Source: Polyangiales bacterium (GTDB lineage Bacteria > Myxococcota_A > Polyangia > Polyangiales > Ga0077539). From it: DNA of 64,000 nucleotides. The translations under genes were made by a program, and so were the position numbers. The stretch is from the NCBI GenBank assembly GCA_044229975.1, contig JBGARZ010000003.1, positions 608,001 through 672,000 on the forward strand, in the 5' to 3' direction. Below, piece after piece: positions 28,088 to 37,584 of the stretch. A model generated the notes under the pieces. The model saw nothing but the letters and a program-made list of their open reading frames with translations, ran no database searches and had not been told where the DNA came from. The first letter of the stretch is position 1; the number at the start of each line of letters is the position of its first letter.

Positions 28088-31030
28088 ATGGCAGGTGCCG
28101 CACCGACCGCGAAGCCAGCGCCCTTTCTCCGACCCCTCGACCGCCTCGACCGGGGCGTGTTGCTGGCGGAGAGCTCGCTGAGCCTGGTCATCGTTGTCTT
28201 CATGCTGTTCGCGGCGGTCTCGGAGTCCGCGTTCCGCATCATCCAGAACTGGTCGACCTTCGCGCGCATCGGGCTGTGCGCCGCTATCTGGCTGCTGCTC
28301 GTTGGGCTCAAGCTCTCCGGCGCGCCCAACGAGCCGGCACCCGCCGAAGGTCTGCTGAAGCGCCTGCTCGGGAAGGAACTCCCGCGTCGCGTCGCCGTGA
28401 ACCAGGCCGTGATGATGTTCGTGCCGGTGGCCTTCGGGCTCGGCGCGCTCACCGAGTGGCTCATGCGCGCCGTGCTCCCCATCGCCTCCGACGTGCTGCT
28501 CCACGGAACCATGTGGGCCGCCTTCCTCGGCGCGAGCTTCGCGACGCGCGGCCGCAAGCACCTCGCCATCGACGCCCTCTCACGCCTTCTCCCCGACCGC
28601 GGCCGTCGCCTCGTCGTGGGCGTCTCCGCGACCATGGGCGCCTTCGTGGCGTTTGCGCTCGCGTCCGGCATCAACCGCTGCCTGCACGAGGCCACCGTGC
28701 AGGTCGCGCAGACCCTCATCGAAAACCAGCGCAACGGCGTGGTCAGCTCCGTCGACCAGTCGTTTCAGTTCCAGTACGTGATCCCGGCGGGCTTCCTCTT
28801 CATCGGGCTGCGCCTCGCGCTGCACGGGTTCCACGAGTTCGTCGCGGGCCTCGCCAACTACAAGGCCCCCGCGGGCGAAGCCCCCATCGACCCCGCGAAG
28901 GTCGACCCCGTGGCCGCCGCACACGAGGGCGCCGTGGTCGAAGAGGCCAAGGCCCCGCCCGCCATCGACCGCGCCGACGCCACCGAGGTGGGCATCGCCC
29001 TCGGCGCGCTCGTCGCGCTCGTCGCGGCCTGCTCGGCGGGCGCTGCCACCGTCGTGAAGCCCGCGATCTTCATGAGCGTGCTCGCCGCGATCACCCTCGT
29101 GGTTCCGCTCATCAACCGCAAGCGCGCGACGGGCTCCTACGACCCGCCTCACCCCGACGTCTACGAGCCGGTGCAGGGGCAGACGCAGCACTTCGCCATC
29201 GCCGCCGTGGTGGTGCTCGGCATCCTCGCCGCGATGCGCTTCGGCCTCGCGCCGCACATCGCCACCATCCCGCTGACGGCCGGCGTGGCGTTCTTCGCGG
29301 TGATGGCCCTCCTCGGGGCGCCGCTCTTCAGCTTCCTCGGCGGCATGGGCCTGTTCCTCTTCGTGAAGCACCTGCTGAGCGAGGGCGACGCCAACAGCCA
29401 CGCCAACGTCTTCGCCAACTCGGTCGAGGACATCCTCGGCAACCACTTCGCCCGCATGAGCGTGCTCGCCACGATCCCGCTCTTCACCCTCGCGGGCTAC
29501 ATCATGTCCGAGTCGCGCATGCCCCAGCGGCTCGTGCGCGTCTCCCGAGCCCTCCTCGGGTGGATGCCCGGCGGCCTCGCCGTCGTGTGCGTCTTCGCGT
29601 CGGCGTTCTTCACCATCTTCTCGGGCGCGTCGGGCATCACCATCGTCGCCGTCGGCGGGCTCCTCGTCCCGGCGCTCCTGCGTGACAAGTACCCCGAGAA
29701 GTTCTCCCTCGGCCTCGTCACCGCGGGCGGCGCGCTCGGCATCACCGTGCCGCCGTGCCTGCCGCTCATCGTCTACGGCATCGTCGCCGGCCTCCAGGAG
29801 CCCGCCCCCGGGCAGGAGCGCCTCGAGCTCCAGAAGTTCCTCGTGGTGGGCCTCGTGCCAGGGCTCGTCGCCATCGGCGTGGTCATCGTCTACTGCGTCG
29901 TCGTCGGCGTCATCTCGAAGGTGCCACGCTCGCGCTTCGACTGGGCTGAGGCCAAGGCCGCGCTGTGGGAAGCCAAGTGGGAGCTCATCCTCCCCGTCTT
30001 CCTCCTCACCGGCCTCGTGAAGGGCATCTTCAACCCGTCGCAAGCGGCAGCCTTCACGGCCTTCTACGTCGTCGTCATGGAGGTCTTCGTCTACCGCGAC
30101 CTCACCATCCGCAACGACCTCCCGCGCATCATCCCGGAGTCCATGGTGCTCGTCGGCGCCATCTTCGTGAAGCTCTGCGCGGCGACGGTGCTCGTCGGCT
30201 ACTTCGTTCAGGCGCAGATCGCCGACCGCCTCTTCGAGTGGCTCACCTGCGGGCCGCCCGCGCTCGCGTACATGCACGCGCACGCCGACTCCATCGGCAC
30301 CTGCCGCGAGGCCGTCGACATCCTCGGCCAGCAGCACCAGTCCGCCGGCGGGCTCATCGACTCGAAGCTCTCGTTCCTCATCGCGCTCAACTTCTTCCTG
30401 CTGTTGATCGGGATGTTGATGGACATCTTCTCGGCCATCGTGGTCGTGGTGCCCCTCATCGCGGGCATCGCGCTCCACTTCAACATCAACCCCTATCACC
30501 TGGGCATCGTCTTCCTGATGAACCTGGAGATCGGGTACCTGATGCCGCCGATGGGCCTGAACCTCTTCATCGCGGGGTTCCGCTTCAACCGCCCGGTGCC
30601 CGACCTCTACAAGATGGTGATGCCCTTCATCGCTCTCTTCGTCGGCGCGCTGATGATCGTGACCTACGTCCCGTGGCTCACGACGTTCACCATCCCGCGC
30701 CCCACGGCGGCGACCGCTCCGGTGGTCCTGCCCGGCGCGCCCACGGCCAACACCGCCAACCCGACGGCACCCGGCCCCGACCAGGCGCCCGGCGCCCGCA
30801 ACTGCGACACCCCCGGCGAGGACGAGTCCTTCGACGACTTCACGCGGCGTTGCAGCGGCGGCGACGATGGCGGTGGCGCGGCCCCGACCCCGGCCGCGGC
30901 CAACTGCGACACGCCCGGCGAGAGCGAGTCCTTCGACGACTTCACGCGACGCTGCGGCGGTGCCGACGCTGGCGCCGCTCCGGTCGACGGCGCTGCGACC
31001 GCGAGCGACGCCGTCGCGACCGGCGGCTGA
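28088..31030 (+). CDS. Fused TRAP transporter DctQ-DctM permease
   Basis: DctQ: FLGASFATRGRKHLAID; DctM: IPLFTLAGYIM, SGASG, GITVPP, NLEIGYLMPPMGLNLF. Confidence 0.9.
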   Translation: MAGAAPTAKPAPFLRPLDRLDRGVLLAESSLSLVIVVFMLFAAVSESAFRIIQNWSTFARIGLCAAIWLLLVGLKLSGAPNEPAPAEGLLKRLLGKELPRRVAVNQAVMMFVPVAFGLGALTEWLMRAVLPIASDVLLHGTMWAAFLGASFATRGRKHLAIDALSRLLPDRGRRLVVGVSATMGAFVAFALASGINRCLHEATVQVAQTLIENQRNGVVSSVDQSFQFQYVIPAGFLFIGLRLALHGFHEFVAGLANYKAPAGEAPIDPAKVDPVAAAHEGAVVEEAKAPPAIDRADATEVGIALGALVALVAACSAGAATVVKPAIFMSVLAAITLVVPLINRKRATGSYDPPHPDVYEPVQGQTQHFAIAAVVVLGILAAMRFGLAPHIATIPLTAGVAFFAVMALLGAPLFSFLGGMGLFLFVKHLLSEGDANSHANVFANSVEDILGNHFARMSVLATIPLFTLAGYIMSESRMPQRLVRVSRALLGWMPGGLAVVCVFASAFFTIFSGASGITIVAVGGLLVPALLRDKYPEKFSLGLVTAGGALGITVPPCLPLIVYGIVAGLQEPAPGQERLELQKFLVVGLVPGLVAIGVVIVYCVVVGVISKVPRSRFDWAEAKAALWEAKWELILPVFLLTGLVKGIFNPSQAAAFTAFYVVVMEVFVYRDLTIRNDLPRIIPESMVLVGAIFVKLCAATVLVGYFVQAQIADRLFEWLTCGPPALAYMHAHADSIGTCREAVDILGQQHQSAGGLIDSKLSFLIALNFFLLLIGMLMDIFSAIVVVVPLIAGIALHFNINPYHLGIVFLMNLEIGYLMPPMGLNLFIAGFRFNRPVPDLYKMVMPFIALFVGALMIVTYVPWLTTFTIPRPTAATAPVVLPGAPTANTANPTAPGPDQAPGARNCDTPGEDESFDDFTRRCSGGDDGGGAAPTPAAANCDTPGESESFDDFTRRCGGADAGAAPVDGAATASDAVATGG
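30800..30955 (+). repeat. Two 54-bp coding direct repeats (NCDTPGE[D/S]ESFDDFTRRC)
   Basis: Copies at 30800-30853 and 30902-30955 in the TRAP C-terminal tail. Confidence 0.9.
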
Positions 31031-31040
31031 TCCCGCCTCG

Positions 31041-31418
31041 TTACTGAACCACCACACTCCCCCGGTACATGTTCATCCCGCAGGTGAACGCCAGCGCCCC
31101 CGAGGCTGGCGTCGTCACCGCGACCTCCACCGACTGACCCACCGGCAGATCGCGCTCCAATCCGAGCGACGGGAAGCGCAGCTTCTCGCCGCAGTTGAGC
31201 GCGTCGGCCCGCCGAAACACCAGCGTGAGCGCGCGCCCCGGCGCCGAGCGCACCGTCGACGGGTGGTAGCCCTGGTCGTCGACGGTGATCTCCACGCGGC
31301 CGTTGGCGGGCGCGGTCACCGAGGCGGGCGCAGGCGCAGGGCGGGTCGATGCCTTGGGCTCGCAGGCGATGACGATGAGGCTGAGCGAGAGGGCGCCGAG
31401 GCGCGAAACGGGCGTCAT
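31041..31418 (-). CDS. Cupredoxin-domain lipoprotein (CupA-like)
   Basis: Lipobox VIAC; GYHPS; LNCGE; FTCGMNMYRG. Confidence 0.85.
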   Translation of the reverse strand: MTPVSRLGALSLSLIVIACEPKASTRPAPAPASVTAPANGRVEITVDDQGYHPSTVRSAPGRALTLVFRRADALNCGEKLRFPSLGLERDLPVGQSVEVAVTTPASGALAFTCGMNMYRGSVVVQ

Positions 31419-31499
31419 GTTTGATAAGCTCCTGATGGGCGATTGTCGGTCTTGTCGGGACTGTGCCTGCGATCGGGGACCGCTGCTATGGTCGCGCCC

Positions 31500-33251
31500 A
31501 TGAAGGGCCGATGGATTGGTTTGTTCTCTGTGGTGGCGGCTTGTTCGAGCCGTGGCGGATCGCTGGATCTCTTCCTCGACGGAGCGGTGACCTCCGACGT
31601 CACCGCCGTCGATCTGGGCGCCAGCCCCAATGACACGGGCACCAGCCCCAATGACACGGGCACCGGCCCCGACGACGCTGGCTTCCCGACCAACGACGTC
31701 GGGACGCCGCCCACCGACACCGGAACTCCCCCCGTCGACACCGGCCCGATGACCGAGTGCACCATCGACAGCGAGTGCGCCGCGCTCGGTCGGGTGTGCG
31801 ACCGCGTGATGAACCGCTGCGTCGAGTGCATCGCCGACGCCGACTGCGCGCGCGGGCGCTTCTGTCCGCCGTCCCACGTGTGCACGGTGCAGGTCTGCGC
31901 GCCCAACGAGTCGAGCTGCGTCAGCACCAGTCGGCAGTCGGTGTGCAACTCGCGCGGCAGCGCGCAGGTCGAGTCGGCCTGCGCCTCGGGCGAGACGTGC
32001 CGCTCAGGGCGCTGCCAGCCCACGGCGTGCACGCCGGGCGCGACCACCTGCGACGAGGCCACCGGCGGACGTCGCGTGTGCAACGCCGAGGGCTCCGGCA
32101 CCGCGCTCATCGCCTGCCCCAGCGGCCAGCGATGCCGTGACAACGTGTGCGCCGCGCTCGCGTGCACGCCCGGCAGCCGGACGTGCGTGGGCACCTCGCT
32201 CCGCACCTGCAACAGCAGCGGAACCGAAGCGACGACCATGGTGTGCCCGCCGCTGCCCAACGCGACCGGCGACTGCGCCATCGGCACCTGCGGCTTCGTC
32301 TGCCAGGAGGGCTTCGGCGACTGCAACCGCACCTTCAGCGACGGCTGCGAGGCGCCGCTGAGCACGAACACGAACTGCGGCGCGTGCGGCCGCGCGTGCA
32401 CCGCGGGCCAGACGTGCAGCGGCGGCACGTGCATCGCCGGTACGACCGCGAGCGACTTCCGGGTCACGTCCCTCGGCGCGACCAACTGCCGCGTGTCCGG
32501 CCACGAGACCGCGAGCGGCGACGACCGCGGCGGCATCGCGGTGTCCTCCGACGCGCTGTACTACACGGGCGACACCGCGACGGTGCGCGCCAACCTCGAC
32601 CTCATCAGCACTGCCACGGTGGGGGTCCGTCACGACGGCATCTTCAGCGACCTCGGGACGGGCGACGTCTACGTGCTGCTCAGCGCCGCCGGCACGCAGC
32701 CCAGCTACACCGCCGCGACCATGGTGGTGACGCAGCTCGGTCGCCTCAACTCGGCCGGAACGCTCTCGACCACGCGCATCCCGCTCTCGACGCCGTTCAC
32801 CATCTACACCAACAACTATGGCGGCGGCGTCTTCGCGGGCGTCGGGCAGGTCATCATCTTCGCGGGACCGGCCAACCCGACCGCCAGCCCGTCGGGCAAC
32901 TGGTACTCCATCTCCCTCCCGAGCGGCACCGTGCGGCTCGTCGGAACCTTCGGGTTTCCGACCCACAACACCTGCGAAAACTGGGCGGCCTGGGGCATCG
33001 CCGAGTCGGTCGGCGGTGACCTCTCCGTGGTCTATGCCGAGAGCGGCACCGCCATCGCGCGCATGCGCCTCGCCGACCGCTCGGTCACCCGCATCGCGGA
33101 GTTCACCAACATCAACGAGACGTGCTCCATCACCCTCTCACCGACCCGCAACCGCTGGTACTTCCACTCGGAGTACGAGACCCAGTTCTCCACCACGACG
33201 AGGGATGAGCTCTGGGGCTTCTGCGACGCGACCTGGACCGCGACGCCCTGA
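31500..33251 (+). CDS. Cys-rich repeat lipoprotein with C-terminal beta-rich domain
   Basis: Lipobox VAAC; DTG-rich linker; CTPG repeats; GDCNRTFSDGCE; GDDRGGIAVS domain. Confidence 0.75.
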   Translation: MKGRWIGLFSVVAACSSRGGSLDLFLDGAVTSDVTAVDLGASPNDTGTSPNDTGTGPDDAGFPTNDVGTPPTDTGTPPVDTGPMTECTIDSECAALGRVCDRVMNRCVECIADADCARGRFCPPSHVCTVQVCAPNESSCVSTSRQSVCNSRGSAQVESACASGETCRSGRCQPTACTPGATTCDEATGGRRVCNAEGSGTALIACPSGQRCRDNVCAALACTPGSRTCVGTSLRTCNSSGTEATTMVCPPLPNATGDCAIGTCGFVCQEGFGDCNRTFSDGCEAPLSTNTNCGACGRACTAGQTCSGGTCIAGTTASDFRVTSLGATNCRVSGHETASGDDRGGIAVSSDALYYTGDTATVRANLDLISTATVGVRHDGIFSDLGTGDVYVLLSAAGTQPSYTAATMVVTQLGRLNSAGTLSTTRIPLSTPFTIYTNNYGGGVFAGVGQVIIFAGPANPTASPSGNWYSISLPSGTVRLVGTFGFPTHNTCENWAAWGIAESVGGDLSVVYAESGTAIARMRLADRSVTRIAEFTNINETCSITLSPTRNRWYFHSEYETQFSTTTRDELWGFCDATWTATP

Positions 33252-33254
33252 CCG

Positions 33255-35654
33255 TCACCCGCCCACGATCAGCGACCTGACCATCCCCGCCTCGTCGGCC
33301 GTCGGGCTCAGCGTGATGACGTCCGCGCCGAGCTCCCAGTTGCGATCGGTTCGCACCCTGAACTCCATCCCTCCAGCGCCGCCCGGACCGTCGAGCTCGA
33401 AGTCCAGCGACACGTCGCGCCACTCGCCCGTCGGAAACATCTCCGGCGTCAGCACGCGCTGCGCGATGGTCACGCCCGGCGGGCGGAACACATCCACCAG
33501 GCCGATCTCGTTGCCCACCGCCCCGGCCCGTCGCGCGCGCAGCCTGAACGTCACCCGCCAGTGCCCCTGCGGCAGCCGGATGAAGGGCCCGTAGACCATC
33601 CACCCCGGCGGCCGCGGATCATCCGCGGACACCACCCTCGCCCGCCCGTCGCTCGCGCTCACATCACGCACCGAGCAGTTGGGGAACTCGGTCTGTTCGG
33701 TTCCTTCCACCTCGTAGCGGCGGTTGACGAAGAGCCGGCGCACCGCCTCGGGGTTGCCCTGCGGCGAGTGCCCGCGCTGCATCAGCACCACGCCGTCCTC
33801 GGCCCGCACCACGCCGAAGCCCGTTCGCATGAGGTGCAGCAACGTCGCGTCGCGGCTCTCCACCGAGGCCGGCCACGGCGGGCGCTGGAGGTCGACGAGC
33901 ACCCACTCGGCGCGGTCGATGCCGTTGGGGAAGAGCCCGTTGTAGGGGCGGTTGGAGAAGCGCGGGCCGATCCACGTCGAGACGCTCACCGGCACCATCG
34001 GAGGCACGGCCGCGGCGAGGCGGGCGACGGTGCGCGTGTGCGGGGTGATGGCGCGCGTGTCCGTCGCATGAACGCGCGACGCGAGGCTCGTCGGGTGCGT
34101 GGCGACGAGCGTGAGGGTGGCCGCGACGAGGTAGGCCGCGACGGCGGTCTCGGTGCGCGCGGAGTGGCGCGAGCGGGTGACGAGCGCGGCGAGACCGAAG
34201 GCCGCGGCGAGGTACACGCCGGGGTGCTGGATGGCCGAGTAGTGGTAGCGGAGCGCGACGATCTCGGGGTTGTCCGAGAGCAGGATGATGCCCAGCGGCA
34301 TGAGCAGCGTGATGCGCCAACCGGCGAGCAGCGACGCGAAGCCGACGGGCGCGAGCAGCGTCGTGAAGGTGGTGAGCCGCGCGTCGGTGAAGGCCCAGAG
34401 CACGAAGCGCACGGGCTGCCCGAGCAGGTGGCCGAGCGGCCCACCGGGCCCGCCCAGGTGACGGAAGTTGCGGAGGAACTTGTACCCGCCAGGCTCGCTC
34501 CCATCGCTCATGTAGACGGGCACGCCGGGGGGCGGGCCGAACTTCTTGAGCAGCACCGCCATGGCGAAGAGGCAGTAGCCGACGGCGATGGCGCCGAGGG
34601 CGGCCGACCACTTGCGGTCGCGTGAGGTGCCGGGCAGCGCGCAGGCGAGCAGGGCGCCCACCGCCGGGATGAACATGTCCTCCTTCACGCTGACCAGCAG
34701 GGCGACGGCCACGAAGGCCTGCCCGAAGCGGCGGCGCGAGAGCGCGAGCACCAGCCACGAGAGGGCCGGGACCGCGAGCAGGTCCATGTGGAAGTCGTAC
34801 ATGAGCGCCGTGTGCAGCGGCGGGCTGCACAGCATCGCGCCCGCGAGCAGCGTGGCGGTGCTGCGGCGCAGGCCGAGGTCACGCGCGACGAGGTAGACGG
34901 GCCACGCGGCGACCGAGACGGCGAGCGTCTGGATGATGAGCAGACACTCGCTCGTGGGCGACACCCAATAGAACGGCACCAGCAGGAAGAGCACCGGCGA
35001 GAAGTGCTCGCCGAGGAAGCTGTACCCCACCGTCGGCGAGAACATCACGCGGCCGTGGAGGGTGTTCCAGAGGGCTTCCTTGAAGAGGCCGAGGTCGACG
35101 GTGGCCGACCACTCGCCGCGGTCACGGAGGATCGCCAGCGTCGAGAAGAGCACCGCATGCGCGGCGATGACGCCGACGATGGGGAGGTGCTCCTGCCACG
35201 CGGGGCGCGCGGGCTTCTCCGTGCGCGCCGACGGCGGCGAGAGGAAGGCAGCCGCAGCGACGGAGGCGCCGAGACAGATGGCGAAGAGGGCCGGGCGGCG
35301 CCACGGGTCGTCCTGGGCGAGCGCGACGGGAGACAGGAGGGCGGGCGCGAGCACGAGCGCGAGGCGGCGCCACGGGGAGACGAAGGCAGGGAGGTCGTCG
35401 GGCGTGGTGCGAAGCACGCGGTACGAGAGGGCGAGCGCACCAAGGAGGAAGGGCGCGCACGAGGCGACGAAGCGCAGCGGCGGGTGCGCGAGGAAGGAGC
35501 CGCGGGAGAGGGCGTCCCAGAGGTGCGGGTTGTCGAGGGGGAGGCCCGCCGAGGTGATGCCGCACGCGTAGGCCACGGCGACGGAGAGCGCGACCGAGGC
35601 GGTGACGAGGGCGGCGGTAGATGGCCCGGCGGCGGCCGGATCGGACCCGTTCAC
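33255..35654 (-). CDS. DUF2079-like GT-C membrane glycosyltransferase with C-terminal beta-sandwich
   Basis: DLGLFKEALWN, LGEHFSP, YDFH, VKED, YHYSA; tail YGPFIRLPQGHWRVTF; GTG start overlaps the PP2C stop. Confidence 0.75.
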   Translation of the reverse strand: MNGSDPAAAGPSTAALVTASVALSVAVAYACGITSAGLPLDNPHLWDALSRGSFLAHPPLRFVASCAPFLLGALALSYRVLRTTPDDLPAFVSPWRRLALVLAPALLSPVALAQDDPWRRPALFAICLGASVAAAAFLSPPSARTEKPARPAWQEHLPIVGVIAAHAVLFSTLAILRDRGEWSATVDLGLFKEALWNTLHGRVMFSPTVGYSFLGEHFSPVLFLLVPFYWVSPTSECLLIIQTLAVSVAAWPVYLVARDLGLRRSTATLLAGAMLCSPPLHTALMYDFHMDLLAVPALSWLVLALSRRRFGQAFVAVALLVSVKEDMFIPAVGALLACALPGTSRDRKWSAALGAIAVGYCLFAMAVLLKKFGPPPGVPVYMSDGSEPGGYKFLRNFRHLGGPGGPLGHLLGQPVRFVLWAFTDARLTTFTTLLAPVGFASLLAGWRITLLMPLGIILLSDNPEIVALRYHYSAIQHPGVYLAAAFGLAALVTRSRHSARTETAVAAYLVAATLTLVATHPTSLASRVHATDTRAITPHTRTVARLAAAVPPMVPVSVSTWIGPRFSNRPYNGLFPNGIDRAEWVLVDLQRPPWPASVESRDATLLHLMRTGFGVVRAEDGVVLMQRGHSPQGNPEAVRRLFVNRRYEVEGTEQTEFPNCSVRDVSASDGRARVVSADDPRPPGWMVYGPFIRLPQGHWRVTFRLRARRAGAVGNEIGLVDVFRPPGVTIAQRVLTPEMFPTGEWRDVSLDFELDGPGGAGGMEFRVRTDRNWELGADVITLSPTADEAGMVRSLIVGG

Positions 35655-36364
35655 GGATCGACGCGGACCAGCACGACGGAGATGTTGTCGGGGCCGCCGT
35701 GCTCGTTGGCGATCTGCACGAGCTCCTTGGCGCGCTCGATGAGGTCGGGGCCCTTGCCGATGACACGCGCGATGTCGGAGTCCTTCACCACGCCGCACAG
35801 ACCGTCGGAGCAGAGCAGGTAGGTGTCGCCCACGAGCAGCTTCTCGCGGCGCACCTCGGGTTCGACCTCGGCCCCGGTGCCGATGGCCCGGGTGATCATG
35901 TTGGAGTAGTTGCCGAGCGCGGCGCGCGCGATGGGGTCGTCGCCCGCGTACTCCTCGATGAGCGAGTGGTCGCGGGTGAGCCGCTCCAACACGCTGTGGC
36001 GGTAGCGGTAGCAGCGCGAGTCGCCGACGTGCACCACGCCGAAGTCGTCGCCGTCGCGGATGATCGCCACGAAGGTGCTGCCCATGCCGCGGCGCTTGCG
36101 GTTGCGGGTGCCCTCCTCGATGACCCGCGTGTTGGCGAGCTTCGTCGCCTCGGCGAGGGCGGCCACGCGATCGGGCCCCGTGTGGGCCCCGACGTGCTCG
36201 ATGACCGTGGAGATGGCCATGGCGCTGGCGACTTCGCCCGCGAGGTGGCCGCCCATCCCGTCGGCCACGATGAACAAGCCCAGGGGCTCTTCCACCGCGT
36301 AGGAATCCTCGTTGTGGTCTCGTTCCTGTCCGACGTCGGACAGTCCTGCGGCGGCGAGCTTCAT
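35651..36364 (-). CDS. PP2C-family Ser/Thr phosphatase
   Basis: RDHNED, VADGMGGH, HVGDSR, LCSDGL, GGPDNIS. Confidence 0.95.
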   Translation of the reverse strand: MKLAAAGLSDVGQERDHNEDSYAVEEPLGLFIVADGMGGHLAGEVASAMAISTVIEHVGAHTGPDRVAALAEATKLANTRVIEEGTRNRKRRGMGSTFVAIIRDGDDFGVVHVGDSRCYRYRHSVLERLTRDHSLIEEYAGDDPIARAALGNYSNMITRAIGTGAEVEPEVRREKLLVGDTYLLCSDGLCGVVKDSDIARVIGKGPDLIERAKELVQIANEHGGPDNISVVLVRVDP

Positions 36365-36497
36365 CCCGTAATCCTCGACGAGGCGTGCATGTTTTCCGAG
36401 CGACACGGACCGTACGCGGCCCCCGCGCGACGGGTCAAGGCAACGTTGAGCGGCGCCCCGTCAGGCGCCACCCCTCTGCCATCGCGCTCGTACCGAT

Positions 36498-37238
36498 TCA
36501 GAGATCGAGCTTGTAGAGGTTGCCGTTGTGCTCGACGGAGTACACGGCCTTGCCCGTCCCGAAGAGCAGGGCGGTGTTGCCGAAGTCGTCGGCCGACCCG
36601 ATCTCCTCCCAGTCGCCGGTGGAGAGGTCGGTCTTGTAGAGCACGCCGCTCTCCTCCACCGAGTAGAGGAAGCCGTTGAGCGTGGCGAGGGTGCGCGTGC
36701 CCTTCCAGTCGCCCGCGTTGCCGATCTGCTCCCACGAGCCGTCGTCGCCGTCGATTTCGTAGATGCTGCCGTCGTTTTCCAGCGCGTACAGCGTGTCGTC
36801 GTCGGAGAAGAGAAACTTCGTGTCCCAGCCGTCGTCCTCGTCGCCCTCCTCGCCGAGCACCTCCCACGACCCGTCCGAGAGGTCGGTCTCGTAGAGGGTG
36901 TTGTCGCTCACCGAGTAGAGGCACCCGTTGACCGCGAGGGCCGCCGTCGTGCCCTTCCAGTCGCCTGCGGCGCCGATGCGGCTCCACTGACCGCTCTCGG
37001 TCGCCACCTTGTAGAGCGACCCGTCGGACTCGATGGCGTAGAGGTGCTCGCCGTCCACGGCGAGGTGCTGGGTGTTGTACCCGCTGCCGATCTCGTCCCA
37101 GCCGCCGGTGCGCGCGCTCGTCGCGTACAGCTTGCCGCTGCGCTCCACCGTATAGAGCGTCCCCTTGAGCCCGACGCCGACCGTGGTGTTCTTCCAGCCG
37201 CCCGCCTCGCCGACCTGCTCCCAGCCCGCCTTGCTCAT
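36498..37238 (-). CDS. Acidic Trp-rich beta-propeller protein (tachylectin-like repeats)
   Basis: About six blades of LY(S/A)(V/I)ExxGxLYK...GxWxxIG...W; GGAG RBS before ATG 37238; no signal peptide. Confidence 0.75.
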   Translation of the reverse strand: MSKAGWEQVGEAGGWKNTTVGVGLKGTLYTVERSGKLYATSARTGGWDEIGSGYNTQHLAVDGEHLYAIESDGSLYKVATESGQWSRIGAAGDWKGTTAALAVNGCLYSVSDNTLYETDLSDGSWEVLGEEGDEDDGWDTKFLFSDDDTLYALENDGSIYEIDGDDGSWEQIGNAGDWKGTRTLATLNGFLYSVEESGVLYKTDLSTGDWEEIGSADDFGNTALLFGTGKAVYSVEHNGNLYKLDL

Positions 37239-37340
37239 GTCTGCTCTCCTCCGCCGTGGGTCTTCTGCGCGCCCGCCAGCGCGGCGGGGGGACGACACCA
37301 TGCCCGAGCCCCACTGCCTGTAAAGGCAAACGTGGTCGAC

Positions 37341-37584
37341 GCAGACGACTCCGAGTCGGTTGCAGCGTTCGACTCGAACACCGCAGACGACTCCGAGTCC
37401 GTTGCAGCGTTCGATTCGAACACCGCAGACCACCCCGAGTCGGTTGCAGCGTTCGATTCGAACACCGCAGACCACTCCGAGTCCGTTGCAGCGTTCGATT
37501 CGAACACGCAGACCACTCCGAGTCGGTTGCAGCGTTCGACTCGAACACCGCAGACCACTCGGGGTCGGTTTCAGCGTTCGAGCG
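37341..37584. repeat. Tandem array of ~5.8 x 42-bp units with internal palindromes
   Basis: Unit GCAGAC[G/C]ACTCCGAGTC[G/C]GTTGCAGCGTTCGA[C/T]TCGAACACC starts at 37341, 37383, 37425, 37467 (41 bp), 37508 and 37550 (partial). Confidence 0.95.

Noticed and set aside
28580..31057. 825-aa minus-strand ORF
   Set aside because: Antisense shadow of the TRAP permease.
31617..31665. 21-bp tandem duplication (SPNDTGT)
   Set aside because: Ordinary low-complexity linker expansion in a lipoprotein.
37341..37584. CRISPR array
   Set aside because: Units are contiguous with no unique spacers, and there are no cas genes in the window.
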